In this document: in pieces, positions 19,305 to 28,874 of the stretch
How the letters are laid out: each line of letters begins with the position of its first letter
Numbering within the stretch: the first letter of the stretch is position 1
NCBI GenBank assembly: GCA_964490125.1
Contig: CAZBAJ010000002.1
Location: 23,011-87,010 of the forward strand
Length of the DNA stretch: 64,000 nucleotides
Direction: 5' to 3'
Origin: an uncultured Candidatus Saccharibacteria bacterium
GTDB taxonomy: Bacteria > Patescibacteriota > WWE3 > UBA101185 > UBA10185
Position numbers and translations under genes: made by a program
Notes under the pieces: model-generated
What the model saw: the letters and a program-made list of their open reading frames with translations, nothing else
The model's database searches: none
Told to the model about the DNA's origin: nothing

Positions 19305-20042
19305 CTATGTACTAAACGGATCGGTGTCTCCGGTGATAAGGGCTTTTATAATTACCCTTAAGATGGAAACCGCCATCAATACAAATATTAAGCCAATTAT
19401 TGCGGATGTCAAGTTTTCTTTGCCGGTCTGAAGTTCTTGGGGGTTTCCTTGACTGGTCATTATTTTGTAGCCAGCCAGGATGATGATGAAAATTCCCACT
19501 ATAATTATGATGGGGATCATAATTCCGTTGATAAGGTTAAACAGCTCGATTAACTCGTCGTTCGCGTCCTCACAGGTACAGGTTTGACCGGGTATTGTGC
19601 CAGACACTTTAGGAAATTGACCGGGATTACAGTTTTGTGTAACACTTCCGCTCGCGTCTACTGCGCAGGTGCCTGCAGGCAGACCCCCTCCGGGTGGTGG
19701 TGCTGGGGGCGGTACAGCTGGAACACCCACACTTACGCATAAGCCTGCAAAAGTGCACCTGTAGAGAAGATTTGGCATAGGCGATGTTTGTGAACATTCT
19801 GCGGGTACAGTTGTACGCAAGAACGCTTCCACCCAACCCTTAAATGTTGCGGGACAGGCATATCCGGGATCACAGTTTTCAGTTACCGACGCACATGCTG
19901 GCCATGGAGGGTTGCTTACAGGTCTAGTACAATCGACCGCAACACACTCGTTAACTGCGTGAACCGCATTGTTTTGACTTAAACCGAATAAAACCGTTAA
20001 GATAAAAGTTACGCCAATCTTGCGATAAACATGCAACTTCAT
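19305..20042 (-). CDS. pilin-like protein with N-terminal secreted Cys-rich/Pro-rich domain fused to the hairpin module (paralog E)
   Basis: Signal peptide, about 14 Cys, PPPAPPPGGG, then TM1-AGYKIMTSQGNPQELQTGKENLTSAIIGLIFVLMAV-TM2. Confidence 0.45.
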   Translation of the reverse strand: MKLHVYRKIGVTFILTVLFGLSQNNAVHAVNECVAVDCTRPVSNPPWPACASVTENCDPGYACPATFKGWVEAFLRTTVPAECSQTSPMPNLLYRCTFAGLCVSVGVPAVPPPAPPPGGGLPAGTCAVDASGSVTQNCNPGQFPKVSGTIPGQTCTCEDANDELIELFNLINGIMIPIIIIVGIFIIILAGYKIMTSQGNPQELQTGKENLTSAIIGLIFVLMAVSILRVIIKALITGDTDPFST

Positions 20043-20113
20043 GTTAAGATTATCCTTATCCTTGTTCTAATAGTCAATGCCCGTGCAGAAAATCCTGTTA
20101 TAATAAGTCCGCC

Positions 20114-21976
20114 ATGCCCAAAAGAATCGTACAAATAGTAATTTTATTATTTTTAATCGCCGTCTTGATCCCATCGTTAACAAGTGTTCTTCTGTCGCCC
20201 GTAGGTATTATCTTGTCGCCCAACCAGACCAACCCGTCTAGCCAAACCAACTTAATCACCAGTCTTACAAATATTACTATCACCAAAACCCACGCGGAGG
20301 ATTGCAGTTCCGTGGAAGAATGCGCCAAAGAAATGGAAAAATATAGCTCCAAACTGGCAAAAACCAAAAGTCAAATTACCGCCATCGACGCCCAACTTAA
20401 AGATTATTTAGCAAAACTTAATGTTACCGACGCGCAAATAGACGGGCTAAAAAAAGACATTGCAAAAGTAAGCTCGGAGCTTGCGGTGTTGGAGGAAAAT
20501 TTGGCCGACAGACGGGGATCGCTTAGCAAAAAGACGGAGGTTCGTAATACTATTGTCCGTGACTTTTATAAATTTGGCAGACCTTCTGTTTTGGAGTTAC
20601 TACTTGCGGGCGGTGGGAGTGTTAATTCTGGAAAATCGTCCGGAGGGGGTTTAGCAGGTTTAGCTGGCGGACAGGTTTTTGCCGTGCGCGATATTTTTGA
20701 AGACACCGTGGGGCGGGAAGCTGTTAAGTCCATTATTTCTTTAAATATGGAGATTGCGGATTTTGAGGGCGACAAAAAAGAGGCAAGTGAGTTACGGGCA
20801 AGTTTAGAATCGTCTCAAAGAAAATTGCTATCTTTAAAAGCGGACATTGACGCAAAAAAGAAGGACGCGCAGGCAGACTTGGCGGATTTGGAGAAAAAAG
20901 AAGTGTCGTACGAAAAAGCGTTAGCGGAACTTTCTGCCAAGCAGCAACAGATTCTAGCGGAAAAAGCCGGCGACGATAGCGGAAGCGTTGGAGATTACGA
21001 ACCGCCCGAAGCAAAATTGCCATCGCCCAAATTTAGTCCAGCCTATGTTGCTATAAGTTACGGGGCGTACACGCACTATAAAGGTATGAGTCAGTACGGG
21101 GCTAGGGGGCGGGCGCAAGATGGTCAGGATTACAAGGCGATTCTAAAGTTTTACTACAAGGCGGGGACAAAAAAGGTGGATATGCCCAGTATTACAGTTT
21201 CCGGCGTGGGAAAAATGGACATGCAAAAGTATTTGTATGGGATTGCAGAAATGCCTAGTACCTGGCCTGTTGATGCGTTAAAGGCGCAAGCGGTGGCGGC
21301 TCGTACTTATGCGTATAGATACGCTAAGGATGGTAAGACTATTTGTACCACACAATCGTGCCAGGTGTTTTTAAAATCTAAATCCGACAACCCCCCGTCA
21401 GCCTGGAAAAAAGCCGTAGACGATACTGACGATGTTATTTTGGACAGCTCGGTGATTGCGTATTATTCCTCTACTACCGGTGGTTATATTGAGGGAATAG
21501 GTTGGGATAGTAAGGGCGACTGGCCAAACGGGGCTTATGAAAAGCGCGCGGGTTCACCGTGGTTTTATAAAGCGTGGTGGACAAAGTCGTACAACGATAG
21601 TTCTAATTGTGGACGGAGCGATCCGTATTTGTCGCAGGAGGAAATGGCGGACATTTTAAACGCGGTGACGGTTTGGGAAAAAGGCAGTTCCGGTGACCGC
21701 GACCGGATTTCCCCCGTGACTACAAAGTGTTGGGGCGGGAATCCGTTTTCTTTGGACGGCATGAAGGAAAAGGCGGACGATTTGGGGACAGCGTACGGGA
21801 GCGTGAGTTCTGTGGATGTAACAATTGGTAATAATGGCAGGACTACCCAGGTTAAGTTGGGGACGGACAAAGGGACGGTTACTATTGACGGGGAAAAATT
21901 TAGAACTGTATTTAATTTACGCGCCCCCGGATACATATCTATTAAGAACCGTTTGTACGATTTGGTGAGAAAATAG
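20114..21976 (+). CDS. SpoIID/LytB-domain peptidoglycan lytic transglycosylase with N-terminal TM anchor and coiled coil
   Basis: C-terminal YLYGIAEMPSTWPVDALKAQAVAARTYA is the SpoIID/LytB signature. N-terminal heptad-rich region. Confidence 0.65.
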   Translation: MPKRIVQIVILLFLIAVLIPSLTSVLLSPVGIILSPNQTNPSSQTNLITSLTNITITKTHAEDCSSVEECAKEMEKYSSKLAKTKSQITAIDAQLKDYLAKLNVTDAQIDGLKKDIAKVSSELAVLEENLADRRGSLSKKTEVRNTIVRDFYKFGRPSVLELLLAGGGSVNSGKSSGGGLAGLAGGQVFAVRDIFEDTVGREAVKSIISLNMEIADFEGDKKEASELRASLESSQRKLLSLKADIDAKKKDAQADLADLEKKEVSYEKALAELSAKQQQILAEKAGDDSGSVGDYEPPEAKLPSPKFSPAYVAISYGAYTHYKGMSQYGARGRAQDGQDYKAILKFYYKAGTKKVDMPSITVSGVGKMDMQKYLYGIAEMPSTWPVDALKAQAVAARTYAYRYAKDGKTICTTQSCQVFLKSKSDNPPSAWKKAVDDTDDVILDSSVIAYYSSTTGGYIEGIGWDSKGDWPNGAYEKRAGSPWFYKAWWTKSYNDSSNCGRSDPYLSQEEMADILNAVTVWEKGSSGDRDRISPVTTKCWGGNPFSLDGMKEKADDLGTAYGSVSSVDVTIGNNGRTTQVKLGTDKGTVTIDGEKFRTVFNLRAPGYISIKNRLYDLVRK

Positions 21977-22002
21977 CATTAACTTTAGTGGCGCCTTTAC
22001 AA

Positions 22003-22036
22003 TTGGCTTCGTGAAGTCACGAAGCCAATAATTTAT
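22003..22036 (+). terminator. rho-independent terminator (ttggcttcgtga-agtc-acgaagccaa then TAATTTATT)
   Basis: Perfect 11-bp inverted repeat directly after the SpoIID-like gene. Confidence 0.5.
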
Positions 22037-22140
22037 TGTAATACAAGCAAATATGCCAATACAATTATTGTTTGTATTAACATAAATAGCTTCCATTTTT
22101 CTGCAAAACCTGCTAATATAAAAATACTATTAAGAGCAGA

Positions 22141-22968
22141 ATGGATACTCAAATTATAACCAAACTTCATAGGAACTTTGAATCCTGCGTACATAAGGAT
22201 GGCGATCTTGAGTATTGGTTGGCTAGAGATTTGCAGGTTTTGCTAGGTTATGATCGTTGGGAAAATTTTCAAAATGCTGTCGACAAGGCTAAGATTTCTT
22301 GTGAAAAGGCTAAACAGCAACTTTCCGATCATTTTTGTGACACTTTAAACACATATACAAGCGGTAAAGGTGCTACCAAATCAGTAAAAGATATAATGCT
22401 CACCCGCTACGCCTGTTATTTAATAGCCCAAAACGGTGATCCTAAAAAAGATGAAATCGCTTTTGCTCAAACTTATTTTGCCGTCCAAACCAGAAAGCAA
22501 GAAGTTATTGCCCAGCACTTGGGAGACTATGAGAGATTGCAGGCAAGAAGTCGTCTAACTGCGTCAGAAAAGAAACTTTCCGGGGTAATTTTTGAGCGAG
22601 GTGTGGATCATCGGGGTTTTGCCCGTATTAAAAGCAAAGGCGACGAGGCATTGTTTGGTGGATTAAATACCCAGGACATGAAAGATAGGCTTGGAGTTCC
22701 CGATAAGCGTCCGTTGGCAGATTTTTTGCCCGCGGTAGTAATTTCCGCCAAAGATTTAGTCAACCAAGTTACCAGCTTTAACATTAAGAAAAATCCAAAG
22801 TTGGTTGGAGAAAAACCTATTTCTGTCGAGCATGTCAAAAATAATACTAATGTGCGTGAGATGCTTAAGAAAAGCGGTGTTAAGCCAGAAGAATTGCCTC
22901 CGGAACAGGATATTAAAAGGCTGTCGTCTAAGATGAAGACTTTAGAAAAGGGAAAGTTGCTGGGATGA
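22141..22968 (+). CDS. dinD: DNA-damage-inducible protein D (BRO-N/KilA-N like)
   Basis: Colinear with E. coli DinD: GDLEYWLARDLQVLLGYDRWENFQNAVDKA, MLTRYACYLIAQNGDPKK and AQTYFAVQTRKQE blocks. Same length of about 275 aa. Confidence 0.75.
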   Translation: MDTQIITKLHRNFESCVHKDGDLEYWLARDLQVLLGYDRWENFQNAVDKAKISCEKAKQQLSDHFCDTLNTYTSGKGATKSVKDIMLTRYACYLIAQNGDPKKDEIAFAQTYFAVQTRKQEVIAQHLGDYERLQARSRLTASEKKLSGVIFERGVDHRGFARIKSKGDEALFGGLNTQDMKDRLGVPDKRPLADFLPAVVISAKDLVNQVTSFNIKKNPKLVGEKPISVEHVKNNTNVREMLKKSGVKPEELPPEQDIKRLSSKMKTLEKGKLLG

Positions 22969-23021
22969 ATGCCGGGCAAGTTTTTTTGACATTATAAATA
23001 ATATTGCATAGAATACAAAAT

Positions 23022-23306
23022 ATGCCTCAATTACAGATAGAGCCTAAAAAAGAAATCACGGAGCCAAATTTGGCGTATCTTGAAGTTGGAAGCCTCTCAC
23101 CGTTAGAAAGCGTGGAAAAATTAGTTGCTAGAGCGGGTTTAAATTATTTTAGTAGAAAGGACGACATGGTAGACAAAAGAAAACTTGCATATTTAGAAAA
23201 AGCCGGTGGTTCTTGGGCAAATATTAAAAACATTGATAAAGTGCAGAAAAAGCTTAGAGCAAATGACCTAAAAAATACCAGGAGAATGAGGGAGCGTACC
23301 TTTTAG
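23022..23306 (+). CDS. putative antitoxin paralog (MPQLQ… start shared with the 23556 antitoxin), upstream of a decayed vapC
   Basis: N-terminus and 5' DNA similar to the 23556 gene. 3' end overlaps the vapC remnant in typical TA fashion. Confidence 0.35.
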   Translation: MPQLQIEPKKEITEPNLAYLEVGSLSPLESVEKLVARAGLNYFSRKDDMVDKRKLAYLEKAGGSWANIKNIDKVQKKLRANDLKNTRRMRERTF

Positions 23307-23445
23307 ACACCGATGTTTTACGGACGCGACGATTGCAGCGACGGCTATTTACAAGCGGATAGCGTTAATAACCGCTAACACCAAGCATTTTGAGAAAATA
23401 GATAATTTAGTTTTACACACCCCCGACGATTGGGATTTTTCCTGA
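23297..23445 (+). pseudogene. decayed PIN-domain (VapC) toxin gene: N-terminal fragment YLLDTDVL… in one frame joined to C-terminal fragment …IAATAIYKRIALITANTKHFEKIDNLVLHTP in another, with an internal deletion
   Basis: Translated manually. The C-fragment is paralogous to the intact VapC at 23939 (SAIAATAMFMDAELATINTKDFYRIKGL). No start codon. Frames differ. Confidence 0.45.
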
Positions 23446-23555
23446 CCGCCCATCTTATCAGGATAGTCATTGTTTCAACATTTATTTTGATTCGCCGACA
23501 CGAGCGTAGCTAAATAGTTATTGACATTGTAGAGTAGGCGTATTAAAATCCTACC

Positions 23556-23945
23556 ATGCCACAGTTACAAAAAGAATCACAAAAAATTACCATCGCGCAG
23601 TTTGCAAAGCAGTTGCCCGGTGTACTTATAAGCGTTATAGAGGATAGGCAGCCCTTGGGGTTTTATATCCAAGTAGGTAGTTATCCAAGCAACCTAGTCG
23701 AACTTTCTTTGAAGAGTGTTCAGAAGAAGTTACCTAAAGATCCAACCCGCACTATAGGATCATACAAGAAACTGTCGACCGGTCACGATCCGGAAAGCAA
23801 GTATGAGATGAAGCAGAGAGCGTGGAGAAGAAAGCTTTTTCAAGAGACGAGTGGTGCCATAAAAGATACCGAGAAGTTGGATAAAGAACTAAAAGCCAGA
23901 AGAATCAGTGAAACTGCCGCCTCAAAAAGGTTGGCAAAATGGTAG
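23556..23945 (+). CDS. antitoxin of the VapBC pair
   Basis: 129 aa. 7-nt overlap with the downstream PIN toxin. Confidence 0.45.
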   Translation: MPQLQKESQKITIAQFAKQLPGVLISVIEDRQPLGFYIQVGSYPSNLVELSLKSVQKKLPKDPTRTIGSYKKLSTGHDPESKYEMKQRAWRRKLFQETSGAIKDTEKLDKELKARRISETAASKRLAKW

Positions 23946-24364
23946 TCGTAGATACAAATATTCTTATAGATAACTTAAGAACTCAAGGAAGGTCTCCCAT
24001 TATCACTAAACTTTCGGATAGCTACTCCACCCGTGATCTATATGTTTCCGTGATAACAATCCACGAGCTTTTTGCCGGCGATAGTGCTGACGATGAAGAT
24101 GCGGTATTAAAAATAAGAAAGACGCTTATTCCATTTACGATTGTTACGTACGGTCAGCAAGAGGCGGAGCTTGCTGGTAAGTTAATTAGGGACGCCAGAA
24201 AATATGGACAGATACTCCATGTGGCTGATTCGGCTATTGCTGCTACGGCAATGTTTATGGATGCCGAGTTGGCAACAATTAATACCAAAGATTTCTACAG
24301 AATCAAAGGATTGAAGCTAGTAGATTTTGCCGAGCTAAAGCCCTTAAAATATGCGCGGATTTGA
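23939..24364 (+). CDS. vapC: PIN-domain toxin VapC
   Basis: MVVVDTNILID… and the D…E…D acidic residues of the PIN fold. 141 aa. Confidence 0.75.
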   Translation: MVVVDTNILIDNLRTQGRSPIITKLSDSYSTRDLYVSVITIHELFAGDSADDEDAVLKIRKTLIPFTIVTYGQQEAELAGKLIRDARKYGQILHVADSAIAATAMFMDAELATINTKDFYRIKGLKLVDFAELKPLKYARI

Positions 24365-25952
24365 TTTTAAGATAAGTTATAGCAGAATTGTGCTTATAGC
24401 GACTGTTCTTTTTGGAATTTTTGCGTTATTTAAATCCCCGGGCGATCCGGATTTTGGTTGGCACTACAAATATGGAGAGTACTTAATTCAGCACGGGCAA
24501 ATTTTACGCGCCAACATTTTTTCCTACACTTTTGCGGATTATCAATGGGCTAATTCGTATTGGATTTCTCAAGTCGCCATTTATTTGACGCACCATTATT
24601 TAGGACACTTGCTGGCGGGACTGTTGTTCGCTCTACCGTTGTCTTTAGCAACTGTTTATTATGCCCGTGCGCTTGCCAAAAATCTATCCTCTGGAATAAT
24701 TTTGACAACCTTAGTCACGGTAATGTTATTTGTAGAGTCTTCCGGCAGCGGAGTCATCGGTCGTCCAATGTATTATAGTAGTTTATTGTTAATGTTTTTA
24801 TGCGCGACGCTTTTGCATTCAGACGACAGTATCAAGCGAATTTGGATTTTACCGCCACTTTTTTTAATTTGGGCAAACACTCACGCGGATTTTGTTCTAG
24901 GGCTTTTTATACTAGGACTGTATGTTTTTGACAAGTTTGGTGTGGCAGGATTTTTTGCAGGACCTTTGAGCCCCGCCCTCAAAAAATTGACCAAATGCTT
25001 TTGGCGGGGCGAGGCGGAGCGAGCTGGGGTTGTAGATGTGAATCGGCAGGAAGCTTTAGCGAGCGTTCCTAAAAAAACCCTGCCACACCTGTTTAATTTC
25101 GTACAAAAACCTTTGCCACTTGTTCTTATAGCGTCAACATTGCTCACACTAATAAACCCTTTTGGCGTTCATCTGTGGGTTACGCTTATTAAAGAGTCGC
25201 ACCCGTACCAATTTAGCCACATTAACGAATGGGTGCCCGTGGCAACGGACAACATTTACTATTTTGCGGTTTACTGTGCCGTTTTGGGTTTGCTGGTTTC
25301 CGCTTTGGTTGGCGCGCGCCAAAAACTCCCGCTTTGGTACATGTTGGCGGTAGGCTTTTTTTGTATTTTTGCCGTTAGAAGTCAATATTTTTTCCGAATT
25401 GCCGTTATTTTAGGTGCGTACGCGGTATTGGTTTTTTGGACGCCTTATTTTGTCGACTTAAAATCTGCGCTCTCTGTTAATCTGGTTAAAAAAGTGCGAC
25501 TTGGTTTTTTGGCGTTTCTAATTTTGTCGACTTTAATAATTTCCGCTATTTTTGTTACCGAAGTTCGCGAATCAACCGACAACGCCTATTGGATAGAAAA
25601 GCAAAGTTACCCGCAACAATCATTGGATTACGCTCTTGCTAACGGCGTTAACGGCAATGTTTTTAATTACTACGGTTGGGGTGGCTATATGATTTGGAAA
25701 TATCCGCAAGTTAAAACTTTTGTGGATGGACGCATGCCCTCGTGGCGTGAAAACGGTAAATCTGTGTTTGAGGATTATATTAAACTTGTGGATGCTCCAC
25801 GAAGTAATCTTGAGCTTTTAAATGTTTACAATGTTTCGTGGGTCATTTATCCAACGGAAAGCAAATTTACAGCTTATTTAAAATCATCCGGCGATTGGCA
25901 AGAGATTTATTCTGACGACACCGCTACAGTTTTCATTCGTCGAACTCTTTAA
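24351..25952 (+). CDS. polytopic membrane protein, GT-C-like fold suspected (function unknown)
   Basis: 533 aa, at least 10 TM. N-terminal GDPDFGWHYKYGEY loop motif reminiscent of membrane glycosyltransferases. Confidence 0.35.
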   Translation: MRGFDFKISYSRIVLIATVLFGIFALFKSPGDPDFGWHYKYGEYLIQHGQILRANIFSYTFADYQWANSYWISQVAIYLTHHYLGHLLAGLLFALPLSLATVYYARALAKNLSSGIILTTLVTVMLFVESSGSGVIGRPMYYSSLLLMFLCATLLHSDDSIKRIWILPPLFLIWANTHADFVLGLFILGLYVFDKFGVAGFFAGPLSPALKKLTKCFWRGEAERAGVVDVNRQEALASVPKKTLPHLFNFVQKPLPLVLIASTLLTLINPFGVHLWVTLIKESHPYQFSHINEWVPVATDNIYYFAVYCAVLGLLVSALVGARQKLPLWYMLAVGFFCIFAVRSQYFFRIAVILGAYAVLVFWTPYFVDLKSALSVNLVKKVRLGFLAFLILSTLIISAIFVTEVRESTDNAYWIEKQSYPQQSLDYALANGVNGNVFNYYGWGGYMIWKYPQVKTFVDGRMPSWRENGKSVFEDYIKLVDAPRSNLELLNVYNVSWVIYPTESKFTAYLKSSGDWQEIYSDDTATVFIRRTL

Positions 25953-25980
25953 AAGTAAATTATTATTGTAGTATCTAGGA

Positions 25981-26214
25981 TTACCATTTTTCTGCTTTTT
26001 TATGGGCAGAAATTCTCTCAAAACTTTTTCTTTCTAGGTATTCTTTATACGCTTTTTCTCCGCCAAGTCCTTTAGTTTTAGTTAACCATGTATCCTCAGC
26101 AGATGTTTTTGAATGTATTTGAGGTAGAGATGAAGAATCCGCAAAAGATTCCATGCTTGGTCTAATTCTGGGTCTGTAATATTTTTGATCGTTTTCTAAC
26201 TGCGTCTGCAACAT
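25981..26214 (-). CDS. small basic hypothetical protein
   Basis: 77-aa ORF. Only ORF in this gap. Confidence 0.25.
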   Translation of the reverse strand: MLQTQLENDQKYYRPRIRPSMESFADSSSLPQIHSKTSAEDTWLTKTKGLGGEKAYKEYLERKSFERISAHKKAEKW

Positions 26215-26293
26215 TTTTCTATCCTACCACTTGCGTTGTAGTGTGTCAAAGCCAGCTGTGTATAAAAGTGTATAATAAGTATATAATAAGTAT

Positions 26294-26857
26294 ATGTCAG
26301 CCTTACTGGGAGCCTTTATTAAAAAACCGCGCGGTGTGTACTTTGATGGTCAGGACAACGAGGAAGAAATTCTGTTATTCATGCGCCAGCATGTCGTCGT
26401 CAACCTAAAATGGATTCTAATTACCGCCATACTTTTTTTTGCCATTCCTATTTTGGACTTTTTTCTAGCCATGGGTAATACCAGCGTCGCCCAGCTTCTC
26501 CCGTCAAATTACAACTTTATAGTTAGATTTATGTTAGGGCTTTTTACCTTTGGCTATTTTTTTGAAAACTTTTTAAGTTGGTATTTTAACAGTTATATTA
26601 TTACCAACAAGCGCGTGGTTGACATAGATTTTTACGGCATTACGCACCGCAGATTTTCCGAGGCGCCACTACGCAATATAGAAGATGTCACTAACGACAT
26701 TTCTGGCTTTGCGCAAGTAGTCTTTCACTTTGGCGATGTGTCCATTCAGACCGCCGCGGAAGCCAGGGAAATTACTTTTGAAAATGTTCCCAACCCAGAT
26801 CGCGTTCAGGACATGCTATCCGACCTTATTTCCGCCATCAAAGGAGAAAGCGAGTAA
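26294..26857 (+). CDS. membrane protein with bacterial PH (bPH_2/YdbT-like) domain
   Basis: Two TM helices, then the IITNKRVVDIDF…FGDVSIQT pattern. Confidence 0.4.
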   Translation: MSALLGAFIKKPRGVYFDGQDNEEEILLFMRQHVVVNLKWILITAILFFAIPILDFFLAMGNTSVAQLLPSNYNFIVRFMLGLFTFGYFFENFLSWYFNSYIITNKRVVDIDFYGITHRRFSEAPLRNIEDVTNDISGFAQVVFHFGDVSIQTAAEAREITFENVPNPDRVQDMLSDLISAIKGESE

Positions 26858-27084
26858 TATGTTTCAACCGTGGGAGAATAATTTTCTGCTGGTCATTAGT
26901 AAAATCTTTTTTATGGCAATTTCTGTTATTTACGCGGTTTTTGCCTTTATGGTCGTCCGCCAGGTTAGTCTCATGAACAAAAGCTTTACCAGCTCGCTTC
27001 ACAGCTTTTTTACTTTTTTAGCGTGGGTGCATTTTTTTTGTCGCCCTGCTTGCCGTTGTGCTGGTTTTTCTTGTCCTGTAGCCT

Positions 27085-28872
27085 ATGCTTACTATTAAAT
27101 CGCAGACAATTACGCCCGTTCTTGCCCCCCAGTCGCCTAAAATTTCCTTTGCCGTCTCGCAGGAAAAATATTACGCGGTTTTTTCTTTGGAGAGCAGGGA
27201 GGCTTTAAGTACGCAGGTGGCGCAGAATATTCTAACCGACATTTTGGCGCATACGCTCCTTTTGGATGATTCTCAAGCGGTTTTGCCTGTAATGGAGGAG
27301 TCGCTCAAAGCGTGCAAGGAGGCGTTGCAAAAAATCGAGCCTAATGTAATTTTTAACGCGGTGCTTGCGCTTTTTAAGGACGACTTTGTGTATGTGTCCA
27401 TTTATGGCGACGCTAAAGCTTTGTATTTAGACGGCTCCGGCGTGGTGCATGTGGATACGGATAGCGAGGGCAAATATGCGGGCGGGTCGCAAAAAATCGA
27501 GGACGGTAAAGTTATGATTTTATGTTCGGCCGACTTTTTTAAGAGATTTCCGCCAAAGTCGCTTGTTTCTTTGGACAAACCCATTTTGGCGCAGGATTTG
27601 GACGACTTAAGTAGCGCGGTAATTTTAAAAGTGGACAAGGTTGACGAGGAAAAAGCCGACAAAGCTAAAGAAAAAGGTGAGGACGGAGACGAGAAAAAAA
27701 AGCGTGGTGATAAAGATGCGGATGCAAAAGACAACAAGGACGAGGTCGGCGGGAAGAAAAAACCTGGTACAGGTGCCGTCGTAACATTATCGGGGGATAG
27801 TTCAACCAAAGTAGCAACTAAAGCATCGGCTGGATTTAATTCCAAGCAGGATTTTAGGAAGTTCCTCAAGCCTTTGTTAATCGCTCTTGTGGCTATTGGT
27901 TTATTGATAGGCAGTTATTTTATCCTTAAAGTTGCGGTTCTAAAATCAAACGGCACTCCGTCCGTCAACCAAACTACTAACACAAACAGCGACCAAAATA
28001 CTGCCGTTAAAGAGACCCCAGCTCCGAGTGATTCCCAGGAAAATCCGCAGGACAAAGAAATCCAAAGCGAGCTTAGCAAAAAGTTGGACGAAGCCAACAA
28101 AGTCAGGCGCGTCCAGCCCCAGGTTTTTTACGACATCTCGATAACGGATGCTAGAGCAAATCCTACGGAGTTGGCGCAAGGACAAAAATATTTAGCAGTT
28201 TCAGACGCGTCGCAAGGCAAAATTTATATTTCTGCAAAGGATGTTACCAAGTTTGAGGAACTACCCCAGCTGTTTCCGGGCGTCAAAAATCTGCTGTTTG
28301 ACGGCGATACCTTGATTTTTACCGACAACGAAGGCGTTAAGTTTTACGCCATAGCAACAAAGTCAGTAAACAAAAGCTATTTAGTCGACCCAAACCACCC
28401 TGTACTAGGACCTTCCAGCGAATATTTGGGTTTTACTTACGCAGTTTCTAGCGACAAGCTGGTTAAATTTACAAAATCAGGGACAAGGCTTGTGGGCGCT
28501 TTGTGGTCGCAAAAAGAGGAATTTACTAACGCAGTTTCTTTGGATATTGACGGGAGTATTTATGTTTTATTTTCCAACGGAAATTTGGAAAAGTACACCG
28601 CCGGCGCTAAAGCCGATTTTTCTATTGTCGGACTTGATAAGGCAATCCAGGAACCATTAAAAGTTGTGGCGGATGCAGATTTTAAGCAGATTTATGTTGC
28701 CGACGGGGAAGAAGGTAGAATTATTGCGTTTGACGAGGACGGTGTTTTAGATTTTCAATTAAAGCCGGAACTTGGTAGCGAGTGGACAGCGTTAAAAAGC
28801 TTTGACATTTCCGCCGACGAAAAAACCTTTTACATTCTTTCCGGCACCAAGGTGTTTGAGTTTAAATTGTAG
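27085..28872 (+). CDS. hypothetical membrane protein: N-terminal globular domain, K/D/E-rich low-complexity region, single TM, C-terminal beta-propeller-like repeats
   Basis: 595 aa. Composition and repeat pattern only. Confidence 0.35.
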   Translation: MLTIKSQTITPVLAPQSPKISFAVSQEKYYAVFSLESREALSTQVAQNILTDILAHTLLLDDSQAVLPVMEESLKACKEALQKIEPNVIFNAVLALFKDDFVYVSIYGDAKALYLDGSGVVHVDTDSEGKYAGGSQKIEDGKVMILCSADFFKRFPPKSLVSLDKPILAQDLDDLSSAVILKVDKVDEEKADKAKEKGEDGDEKKKRGDKDADAKDNKDEVGGKKKPGTGAVVTLSGDSSTKVATKASAGFNSKQDFRKFLKPLLIALVAIGLLIGSYFILKVAVLKSNGTPSVNQTTNTNSDQNTAVKETPAPSDSQENPQDKEIQSELSKKLDEANKVRRVQPQVFYDISITDARANPTELAQGQKYLAVSDASQGKIYISAKDVTKFEELPQLFPGVKNLLFDGDTLIFTDNEGVKFYAIATKSVNKSYLVDPNHPVLGPSSEYLGFTYAVSSDKLVKFTKSGTRLVGALWSQKEEFTNAVSLDIDGSIYVLFSNGNLEKYTAGAKADFSIVGLDKAIQEPLKVVADADFKQIYVADGEEGRIIAFDEDGVLDFQLKPELGSEWTALKSFDISADEKTFYILSGTKVFEFKL

Positions 28873-28874
28873 GA

